This document shows positions 26,760-37,848 of a stretch of 64,000 nt of DNA, one piece after another. Location of the stretch: assembly GCA_951406725.2 (NCBI GenBank), contig OX597820.1, forward strand, positions 75,702,001-75,766,000, read 5' to 3'. The notes below the pieces were generated by a model that worked only from the letters and a program-made list of their open reading frames with translations, was not told the DNA's origin and did no database searches. Every line of letters starts with the position of its first letter. Positions within the stretch are counted from its first letter, which is position 1. A program made the position numbers and the translations under genes. This DNA comes from Octopus vulgaris. Its lineage: Eukaryota.

Positions 26760-27155
26760 CTACACTAGGCACAAGGCCCGAAATTTTGGTGGAGGGGTCA
26801 GTCGATTAGATCTGCCCAAGTACTCGTCTGGTATTTAATTTACCAACCATTTAAGGGATGAAAGACAAAGTCCATCTCGGCGGAATTTGAACTTAGAACG
26901 TAAAGACAGACGAAATACCATTATGTATTTCGCCCGGCGTGCTAACATTTATACCAGCTCGCCGCCTTTAAGAATCTTTTCTATTCTAGGCACAAGGCCC
27001 GAAAATTTGATTAGAGTGATTCCAGTACGCAACTGCTACTTCATTTAACGATCCCGAATGGATGAAAGGCAAAGTCGACCTCGGCGGAATTTGAACTCAG
27101 AACGTAACGACAGACGAAATACCGCCCGGTGTGCTGACATTTCTGCCAGCTCACC
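26760..27155 (-). mobile_element. Two adjacent SINE family B copies
   Basis: GGATGAAAG(A/G)CAAAGTC...GGCGGAATTTGAACT occurs twice; first copy head at CCAGCTCGCCGCC near 26965. Confidence 0.75.
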
Positions 27156-28835
27156 AGAGTAATGATTCTTCCAGCTAATCTATTTGTGGCCTCATAAATA
27201 TCTTTAGTGTTATGCCCACACATTTTTGGGTTTTTCAGAATCCTGAAAGCGGTAAATAAAGTATCTTGCATCTTGGGGTCTGTATACTGTGTTCACCTTT
27301 CAGAGTGCTTATGCTTTCCTTTCTGTGTAAAAAAATGAATATCAGGCAAAGATATTGACTGAGTCCTTCTCTCTCTGACATTACTTGTCTTTCGCAAAAC
27401 CAAAGATTGCTTTTCATTATTCCTGACTCGTTTAAGACGTCGAGATGGCAGCCTCGTGTGCTTATCGGACAAAATGCTTAGCAACATTTCAAATTCCGCC
27501 GTGGTCAATGTGGCCTTAGTAAATGTTCCATAGCATTTTGCTTTACGTTTAAAAGTATTTTCATCGCTGTTTGAATGCCTTATCTGATGTCATGGGTGAG
27601 CGACTCCATTAACACTTTTTCTTCTCGCAATTGACTCTCTTGTAATCACGGAATTTCTTTCACGGTTAATAAATCTTAGAAGATATAAAAATTATTCAAT
27701 GTATTTGCAGCGCCGTGGAAAGATACTAACCTGTTCACGGCAACAGATGTTACGGAGTTAATCGACAGAGCATACGTAACCGAATGGGATTTGAAACAGG
27801 AAATCTGTTATTTCCATAAGATTGTTTCTGCTGTTCCCATCATTTCTTACCCAATCTCTTCATCCAATATATTTTGATATTGCTTTGCAGTTCTATTTTC
27901 ATCTAGTTTCCGTATAAATGTTCTTGATTAAACACAGCACAGCAATCGTAACACTTTGTTATTCGACACATGGGATTTTCTTCTGAACCACATCTTCACC
28001 GTCCACAAACACATTACGCAAAGAAAGAAATTTTCAAATCTATCTTCAACGCACCGCAAAATTTCTTTTTAACATTGACATCCGAAGGGAATACAGAGCT
28101 GTTAATGAAATCTCGTTCAGCTGTTCGCACAGTGAGCTACTGGTTTAGGGATACATTTTCACTTATTACAAATGCATCAGGTACACGTCTAAGGTAAAAT
28201 TCTTGGATTGGTTCATTGTGAAAGATAAATTGGAAGTGTTTAGATATTTTAGGATAAATGGCAATTTAATGCATTGAAAACAAATGACTCTGTGTTACTG
28301 ACGTGCGAGAAAAATCTATAATAAGGAAATTCAAAATAGAAAATTGCATTGGTTATTCAAAGGAATATCAAATTATTTCATTCTCCATACTTTAATCAAG
28401 AACGTTCTGGTTCAAAATGTTACGAATGTCCGTCCTTTTGGAGACATTATATGAACAATAAATTGCACAAGCGGAAGTATGACTGGGTACGAGGTTGGCT
28501 TCGCAGCCATGTGGTTTCCGTTTCAGGCCCACTGCACGATGACATGGACAATGCCTATTACTCTAGCTCCAAGCCGATCATTAACTGTAGAACTCACACA
28601 CATTACATACAGAACTGTATGTAGGTATGTGTATATGTTTATCTTCCACAGCATGACAACCGGTGGCTTTTTCTATTTCATAAAACACCCTTGGTCGAGT
28701 GGTGGAGCATCTTGGATATGTACCTTGTCTATGTATATATATATATATATATATGTATATGGATGGATGGATGGATGGATGGATGGATGGATGTATGAAT
28801 GTATGTATGTATGTATTATGTGTGTATGTATGCAT

Positions 28836-29137
28836 GCAGGAGTGGCTGTGTGGTAAGTAGCTTGCTTACCATCATATGATTCCGGGTTTAGTCCCACTGC
28901 GTGGCACCTTGGATTTGGTAGACTGAAACTGAAAGAAGCCCGTCGTATATATATATTACTATATATATATATTACGTGTGTGTGTGTTTTTTTTTTTTGT
29001 GTGTATATTTTTGTGTCTATGTTTATTTGTCTGCGTTTAGTCCCCAACATCGCTTAACAACCGATACTGGTGTATTTTCGTCCCCGTAACTTAGAAGTTC
29101 GGCAAAAGAGACCGATAGTAAAAGTACTAGGCTTACA
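28836..29137 (+). mobile_element. SINE family A (internally deleted, 3'-truncated)
   Basis: GCAGGAGTGGCTGTGTGGTAAGTAGC head; family A body. Confidence 0.8.
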
Positions 29138-30719
29138 TAGGATAACATTAAATTAAACGAATTAAATTAACTTGTCTTATGAGTAAGTAAAGCCTTACGG
29201 CAAGGATACAAGATTTCACAGGCGCAGGGAAGAATATAGATGTTGCACGGACAGCGGCCGAACCAGGAAAGAAAGGTCAGGCTTGGCCGAACAACGGTCA
29301 CGTGCGGAGAGAAGAGAGAGAAGTAGAGGCAAGGGGACAGAAGAAATAAGGAGGGGCGAGGAAAAATGACAGTGACACAGTGAAGTAAAAAGAGGAGGGA
29401 GAGTGAGCATGAAGAGAAGGCAATGTGAGAGAGGAGGGGGAATGAAAGGACGAAGAGTCGAATGAACGAAGTAAGTGTGAAAGGGCTGATAGAAAGAAGG
29501 AAAGGATAAAAGAATACGAGAATATATACTTACATATAAGAGACCAAAATGTACGTACGCCGGGGGAAATCTTATGTATACAGTTGCATATACAACAACT
29601 ACTGTATGAGTTATAGACCCACGTAGATTATGTTTATCCACTCAGCTTCCAAATAACTACGTTGCTGAAACGTGCGTAGGAACTAAATATTCATGATGGT
29701 GTGTATCTGTATTTCCACATTTACGTATACTCTCGCTCTCCATGTATACACACACATACACATGCACGACCGCACGAACATAAACACACACAGGGATAGA
29801 TGGAGAGGTGGGATAAGTGGGGTATTTTATTTTATGCTGAATCCAATTAATTCTAGGATATCATTTGTTTACTGGAAAATTCGCTGCCATGTCCCTTAAA
29901 CAACTATTTTTAAAATTCGTACCAAACTTCTGCTTTAACCCTATATTTGAAATTGATAAACCACAAATTATCTCTAAGAAATATGTTCGTGTAATGAAAG
30001 CTATGTCAAGATATTACAATGAGATATTACCTAACCAGAATAAGGAATCCGAAAAAGAACTTAATTCGCAGATCTTTGCATGCATCTCTATCAAAACCTA
30101 GTGTATATTATGTATTAATAAACTAAACAAATCTTATAACATGATAAATAACATAAATAATATATAAAATCAAAACTTTTCTATTAAGCCGTTAAGATTT
30201 TAATTAATCATTTAATTAATTTCGGGATAAGTTTCAATCATTGAAATAAATAATTTTGTTTACTTTGGATGTAATATATATATTATTAAAGGGCAAAGTT
30301 CCAATCGTATTGTCAGCTTTCGTTCGTCAACACACGTTAACATTCACGCTTAATTGTATTCATAAATGGATATTAAAAATAGGAATAATGGCGATTGATA
30401 AATTAGCAATTGAAAAATCAGTGTCAAGTTTGAGATTATGAAGCAGTTTAGCTAAAGTGTAGAGCAACACATTCGGGTATGAATAGGAAATTTTTGAGAG
30501 GGTAAGTTACCGTTTGTGAATCAATAAAGATTTCCTTTTACTGAAGAATCATCCGGATCTTAACTTCCTGAAGGAGGAAAGCTACAATTTGAAATTTATT
30601 GAGGTAATATTTATTCCCACTTCAACGTGGATGTTCTGTTAGAATTAACTTTAATACGGTATTTACCATGAGAAAAACTCTCATAATGATTTTGGATGCA
30701 GAATTCATGCGTGTTTGTT

Positions 30720-31100
30720 TATATCGCCAGCGGGGAGATAAATGTACACCAAGTCCAGTGCGGAGACAATCAGATCACGTAATTTAATCTAATTCGTCCT
30801 TAGTCGAAAGGCACTGTTGTTATGTCCTGTTATTTGCATTTGTATTAGTGTAACATTTCTCCGATTTTTTCGTCCTTGTTTTCGTATACATTCGCTATTT
30901 CTTCCAAGGAATCTAATGCTCTTAGCTTAGTTTTTCCTTAGGGCTGACTAGATTGGAGCAATCTCGAGTATAACCAACCGAAATTGCAAAGATAATCTGG
31001 ACCTTGACTGAGGAAAGAAAACTCCGAATGACCTATCCTTGTTTCCTTTGTATCGTCTGTCTGGATGTTTTGCGTTCTTTCCCAGTTTTGTATTTTCATA
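30720..31100. mobile_element. Unclassified non-coding element ending at a (TA)n tract
   Basis: Distinct composition; ends in TA repeats that cut the adjacent mariner relic at its HPPY motif. Confidence 0.35.
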
Positions 31101-31119
31101 TATATATATATATATATAT

Positions 31120-32162
31120 CTCGCAAATATGGTGGATGTAGCATCGATTCCCATTCAAACTGTTCTAGCCTTTGGAATATCATCTTTGCTGTATGTGGCG
31201 AGCATTATCCTGATGGAAGAACACTTTTCGTCTTGCAACCAAAGATGACCGGTTTTCTTCTAGCGCTGACTAAACCCGCTCAAGCTGCTCGCAGTAGATC
31301 TCCCTTTTTATCATTTGGTTTGGGTCTAAAAGTTCAAAGTGGACTAAACCTTCCTTATCCCACCAAACAAATAACAACAGCTTATGTGGGTGAAGACCCT
31401 CTTTAACCTGAGGTGTTGGTATTTCTCCTTTCACTAACCACTATCTTCGGCGCTTCACATTTCTACAGAGAACGCATTTCTCGTCACCAGTCGTTATTTG
31501 GTCGAAAAAGGTTCATTCATGAGACGTGAGAGCAAAGAATAACATACATTCACTCTCTGCACACGATTAGACTCGGAAATTTTGTGGGGAACCCATTGAC
31601 CCGATGTGTTGACTTTTTCGATGGCACGTAGGTGTTTAATTACCAAACCCAACTTGTTAACTTTTCCGATGGAACGCAGGTGTTGAACGACCAAATCTAA
31701 GCCTCTCTGCTTGTTCCTCAACAGTTACGAGCGGATTTTGTTCCACCAGGGTTTGCAAGACGTTCTCATCGAGCTCTACAGATCTCCCAGCATAAAGCTC
31801 GTCTTCTAAGGTGTAGTTTCCGGTTCGGAATTTGTGTTACCACTATTGACACTGACATATTGTCCCATCCCCATATACTGCGTCAATATTCCTCCCACTT
31901 TTCGTTACGTTGTTACCTTTATTGAACTCATAAAGCAAAATATGCCGAATATGCTCCTTTGTCACTTACATTATAGCTTTGAAAACATAATTGTTAAAAC
32001 CGAACTGCACTCTTCAAAACTTGCACTAAGAATAAGGAAGAAAAAAAGTAAAAATACTACCTGATTTTATAGGAAGTTGATGCAGATAGTTTATACTGCC
32101 CACCTCCGACTTTTAGTTCATGCAATTGAAGAAACCGCATCATTTATGGGGTAACCCAATGT
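31120..32162 (-). mobile_element. Decayed mariner element
   Basis: GQWVPHKISE and FEWESMLHPPY motifs on the minus strand; TIR-like TACATTGGGTTACCCCATAAATG at the right end. Confidence 0.75.
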
Positions 32163-32227
32163 ATGTATGTATGTATGTATGTATGTATCTATGTATCTAT
32201 GTATTGTGTGTGTGTGTGTGTGTGTAC

Positions 32228-32390
32228 GAGGAGCTGCTTTCAGTTTCCATCTATTAAATCCACTCACAAGGCTTTGGCTGGCACGGTGCTATGATGGAAG
32301 ACAATTGCCCATTGTGTCACGCAGTGGGACTGAACGTGCAACCACGTGCTTGGGAAACTAGCTTCTAACCACAGAGCCACGCCTACACCT
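32228..32390 (-). mobile_element. SINE family A, 5' half
   Basis: CACGCAGTGGGACTGAAC...ACCACAGAGCCACGCC. Confidence 0.7.
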
Positions 32391-33478
32391 ATTTGTATGC
32401 AATGTTTTAAAAATTTGTTTTCGTTGCTCATCCATGATAAATATCTTACCGAGATATAATACCGTAATTTTGGAATTTCTATATCAATGTAATTAATGTT
32501 TACATTTCATCATACCCTTGGCTGAAACAAAATATCATTGACAAAATAGATTTGTTTCATTAAATGATACCTTCCCTTAAAACATCTGGCTTTAAACCAA
32601 CGATAGAATTAAACCTGATACATGTAAAAATATACCCTGCAGAAGATTTACCTTATTCTCTGCAAAATGCCTTCGGGTAAAATTATAATATTCTTGTTTT
32701 TCTGCATTGTCTTATTGATTTTTAATGTATTTAGTGACAGACCGGAAATTAAATGTTTGCTTCTGCGCAGTTGTGTATTCTGTGTACTGTCCATTACGAA
32801 TTTAATAACTTGCGGTTTTGATTGATTTTAACGATTTGTATTGGATTATTTCCGTGGTGCCCTGTAATGGCTTTAAGAATTGTCTTGCGTCCATGTATAA
32901 ATCTTACAAAAATAGTGTGTCTTAACAAGCAATGTTGTGTTTCACCGCTGAAAGGGCCTTTAAAAAGTGCCCTCTGCTCTGATAGTTTGCAAGTGTGGCT
33001 AGCTGAGAATGCTTGGCGCAATCATTCAGTTTCGTAGCAAAAGATTAATGCAAGTTATAAATCAATGCATTGCCAAATACTTAAATTGTTATTTAAAACA
33101 TCTCAGTTGTTTGAGAGAATTTTACGGGTTAAACTATATTTATATGTTCATTTATTACCATTTAAGTTCTAGGTTCAAATCCTGCTCATGCCCAATGCAC
33201 CTATCATCTGTCTCATCAAGAGCGAAATCAGTCATGAAGGATGTAATAAAAGCGAATCAATAGTTTATCCCTTTCTCCTTAAATTGTTGCAACCAAGTGA
33301 CCATGAAAAAAAGGCATACACACATGATTTTATTCGTATGTATGTTTGTATACATCAACTTATACGATGTGTGCGTATGTGTATGCAGTTGTGTTAATGT
33401 TTAGATTTCTCTCAATGTATATTCATGTATATATATATGTATATGTGTCTTTCGTGCAGGAGTATGTATGTACATGAC

Positions 33479-33526
<48 letters not shown>

Positions 33527-33569
33527 TGTGTGTGTGTGTAGGTGTGTGTGCGCGTGTGTGTGTGTGTAA

Positions 33570-34060
33570 ATGGATGAATGAATTATCCTTTGTTTACAGT
33601 TAACACGGAAAATTCAATAAACAGTCACCAGGGTAGCAAAATTCACGCTAGTTACAAGGATGTAGCGACCTATTCAGAGGTAGAAACTCCGGTTTAATGT
33701 GCAGTAATTTGTATAGTATAAATAAATAAATGGAGTTGAACGCAGATGTTATTCAAATTATTTTACTTTCGACATATGTTTCGAAAACAACATTGGTTTT
33801 ATTTCTATGGTCTACCTTCGACGTCAGATCTACTAACGGCTATTTTTTAAAATACATAATAGCTTTCTGTTTATCATTTATGCAGTCATCAAAATTGTTA
33901 TAATGTCTTGTTGTTGAGATGGGTTCTCTTTCTTTCCTGATGAGAAGATTACATTATTTTACATTGTTTATTCCTTTGGAATAAAACCAATGTTTTCTTC
34001 GAAACATATGTCGAAAGTAAAATTATTTGAATAACATCTGCGTTCAACTCCATTTATTTT

Positions 34061-34062
<2 letters not shown>
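33570..34062 (+). mobile_element. Hammerhead-bearing non-coding element with inverted partial copy, between TG/TA tracts
   Basis: About 33724-33805 is the reverse complement of about 33980-34060. Ends in (TA)n. Confidence 0.8.
33932..34017 (+). ncRNA. Type I hammerhead ribozyme (intact core)
   Basis: CTTTC CTGATGA GAAGA [extended hairpin] TCTTC GAAAC ATAT GTC GAAAG. Palindromic stem III ACATATGT, predicted cleavage after 34012. Confidence 0.85.
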
Positions 34063-34093
<31 letters not shown>

Positions 34094-34098
<5 letters not shown>

Positions 34099-34214
34099 CA
34101 CGTCACGTCACGTGACCGACCAGTCCATCAGATGTTGTTACACATCGCTGGTCACAACGCGTTCGCATTGTTTTAGCTTTCGAATGACGCCACTCCGCTG
34201 GCTAAGCGAGCAGG

Positions 34215-34218
<4 letters not shown>
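34094..34218 (-). mobile_element. 3' end of a SINE/LINE with (GTGAC)n tail
   Basis: CACGT repeats at 34094-34113 followed by unique sequence, bounded by (TA)n. Confidence 0.5.
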
Positions 34219-34263
<45 letters not shown>

Positions 34264-34502
34264 CATATGTAGAACAGAAGCACAATTAAAGGTTACAAAC
34301 CTCATTCAGGGATAGCAGAATCCTATGAAAGTACTGTTTAGTTACCTATATAAAAAAAATTGAACACTGTATTTAATACTCAACTGCAAGGCAACTATAC
34401 TAACCATGCTTTATATATATCTATTTATTATAATAATAAGATGAGAGAATAGAAAATTAATTAATAAATTATTATTCATTAATTAAAAAACTTGGCAAAC
34501 AT

Positions 34503-34591
34503 CCCTTGCTGCTGTTTCAATATTGACCCTTCGAAAATTAATAAATTGAATTAAAAATTATTTCAAAGTCGAATCTCTTCAGAGTTAGATG
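34503..34591 (-). ncRNA. Degenerate hammerhead ribozyme
   Basis: Minus strand: CTGAAGA, long imperfect stem II (GACTTTGAAA.../...TTTCGAAGGGTC), GAAAC AGCA GCA AGGGATG. The triplet is GCA rather than GUH. Confidence 0.4.
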
Positions 34592-35011
34592 AAGATATAC
34601 AAAATAGGTGTTCAATTCCTGCATGTTGAGTAACAGAGCATATATCGTCGTTTTGGACAGACAAGTATGTACCATGGTATAAATTAGCGGCCATGCTGAT
34701 GTGAATATCTCATAAAACATAACAGAAAAATAGCATAACTATCGGTAACTGATTTGAGCCCTTCAGCTTGCATGCCCAGATTATAAATTTATATGTTTAT
34801 CAATAAATAGGGCATTTGGTTTTGTGAGTAAATGCCTAAGGAACAATCTGTAAAGTTTGTCCTTTCAGAAAAAGAAGTCAACCCGTTAATTCGCATATTG
34901 CAAATACAACGTGTAAGCAGAATGGTAGAGATAAGCAAGGTATTTCGCAAGTCCAAAATGCGACGTTATTTTGATTATGTACTGAGTTTTGTACAGAGTT
35001 TTGTCGTCAAA

Positions 35012-35108
<97 letters not shown>

Positions 35109-35882
35109 AACACACAAACGCACATACACACAAACACACAAACACCCATGCACAAATATCCTCTTGAACCTCTTGAACCTGAAATTTCAATGATGGACCC
35201 TTGGGTCTAGGTTAGAAACCGGCTCTTTCTCTTCTGGCAAGACATCTTAAAATAAATCTGGATAATAACGTACCTACATACATACATACATACACACATA
35301 CATGAACACATACATACACATGCATACATACATACACACATACATACACACATACATACAATGCATACATACAATACATACATACACACATACATACAAT
35401 ACATACATACATACATACACACATACATACACACATACATACACATGCATACATACATACATACGTACATACATACATACATACATACATACATACATAC
35501 ATACATAGATACATACGTACGTATATACATACAAACATAAAATTAAGTAATTTAATGCAATTATGGTATTCTTTTTTCCATCTTCCCTAGTTCCTGGCTT
35601 CTGTTCGAGAGAAGTCGTTTTGGTTTTTATGTTTTCCTGTCTAGTTGCCAACAACTTCTCACATTCATTACTTGTGATTACCGCTGCGTATTCCTTTTCT
35701 ATATTTATGTGGCTGTTGAAATTTAGTCTTAATATGTTTCCACTATTTCAGAGGCGAGATTTCTTTTGTAGCGTTCCTTTCTTAATCATTGCAGATGCTA
35801 AATTTTCACACTTGGCATTCAAAACGGAATATTAAAGCAAATACAAAAACACTCGCAATAACGCTTCAGTTCTTCAAAGTTA

Positions 35883-36362
35883 TTCTTTTATTCATTTATT
35901 CGTTTCAGTCATTTGACTACGGCCATGCAGGAGCACCACCTTTAGTCGAGAAAATCGACCCTAGGACTAATTCTTTGTAAGCCTAGTATTTATTGTATCG
36001 GTATCTTTTGCTGAATCACAAGGTTACGGGAACGTAAGCACACCAGCATCGGTCATCAAGCGATGTTGAGGGGACAAACACACACACACAAACATATACA
36101 TACATACATACATACATACAGACAGACAGACAGACACAGAGACACACACACTGACACACAGACACACAGACACACACACATATACATATATATATGTATA
36201 TGCGACGGGCTTCTTTCAGTTTCCGTCTACCAAATCCATTCACAAGGCTTTGATCGACCCGAGGCTATAGTTTAAGACACTTGCCCAAAGTGCCACGCAG
36301 TGGGATTGAACCCAGAACCAGGAGCTTGGTACGCAAGATACTTACCACACAGCCAGTCCTGC
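35883..36362 (-). mobile_element. SINE family A
   Basis: Full reverse-complement copy with an expanded internal CA/GACA repeat. Confidence 0.85.
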
Positions 36363-36654
36363 GTGTTACTAACTTATCGTTTACTTTTCAGGCATTAAGC
36401 TGCGGTCATACTAGAGCACAGCCTTGAAGAATTTTTAGTCAAACTAATCTATCCTCTTACTTTTTTCCGACCTGATTCTATCGATTCATTGGCCGAACCG
36501 CTAGGTTACGGAAGCATAAACATATCAAAATCCATTGTCAAGCGGTGGGGGGGGGGGAACACACTCACACGCTTACACATACACACACTCCCCCCCACAT
36601 ATACACATATATGTCTACCAAATCTATATATTCACAAGGATTCAATTGATTTCG

Positions 36655-36763
36655 AACCCAGTCCCACTGTGTGGCATGCTGGAAAAGTGGCCTCTACTAT
36701 AGTTCCGGGCCGTCCAAAGCCTAGTGAGTGGATTTGATAGACGGAAACTAAAAGAAGCCCGTC

Positions 36764-36826
<63 letters not shown>

Positions 36827-37244
36827 CATATATATATACCCATACATACACATACACACACACACACAAATATATATATATATATATATATCTATAGTAA
36901 TCCCTCACAATATCGCGGTTCGCCTATCCCGGTTTGTTGTTGTTTTGCAGTTATAGAAAATATACAGTAAGGTACTATTTCTACATAGCAGATTTTCACC
37001 TATCGCGGGGATTTCTGAAATGTAACACCTGTGATAATCGAGCGTTTATATATATATATATGTGTGTGTGCGTGTGTGTGTCCCCGTGGGTGTGTGTGTA
37101 TATATATATATATCTGTGTGTGAGAGCCTTTGTGTCTGCTTTTATCCCCTCCCCCACCTCTTGACAACCAGTGTTGGTGTATATACGTCACTGTAACTAA
37201 GCAGTTGGATAAAAGAAAATGATAGAATAAGTGTCAGGCTTAAG

Positions 37245-37275
<31 letters not shown>

Positions 37276-37365
37276 GGAAAACAAAGAAGTACTAGGGTCG
37301 ATCATTCAGTTAAAAATTTCCTCATGGCGTGCTCCAGCATGGCCGGTGTCTAGTGACTGAAAGAA
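36655..37365 (+). mobile_element. SINE family A interrupted within its internal microsatellite
   Basis: 5' half at 36655-36765 and 3' half at about 37105-37365, separated by (TA)n and a MITE. Confidence 0.7.
36895..37050. mobile_element. Tigger/pogo-like MITE (diverged)
   Basis: TAGTAATCCCTCACAATATCGCGG...TGTGATAATCGAGCGTTTA imperfect termini, internal CCTATC(C/G)CGG repeats, in a TA context. Confidence 0.5.
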
Positions 37366-37664
37366 GTAATTGATAAAAAAATGAATAATTGAAATATAAG
37401 ATGATGGTGATATCGAACCAATTGCCTGCTTAAATTTGATAGGTAAGGTATTAATAGCACTTATGTAGAGTCCATTTTAAGTGAATTCCTTTGAAAAGCG
37501 TGCCTCAAGGTGACGCCATGTTGGATGAATTTATTTACTTGTTTAATTTTTCATTTATTGCTTATCTGATTAACTTTCTGTGGATACACGTGTTAAGAAG
37601 GAGTGGAAAGGAGAGATAATTGCGCAGGTATCGGAATACTTTGGCAAATTGGTGCTGCTTTAAA

Positions 37665-37726
<62 letters not shown>

Positions 37727-37812
37727 AATCCAAACGGGAAACAAAAAAACAACAACAAGGGAACAATTACAGTATTATTATTAATAGGCGCTCAGGAAAT
37801 GGAAGCAGGGAG

Positions 37813-37848
37813 GTATGACGTTTCGAGCGGAGCTCTTCGTCGGAAACA
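37813..37848 (-). ncRNA. Minimal PLE-type hammerhead motif
   Basis: Minus strand: GTTT CCGACGA aGAGC tcc GCTC GAAAC GTC ATAC. Confidence 0.6.
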
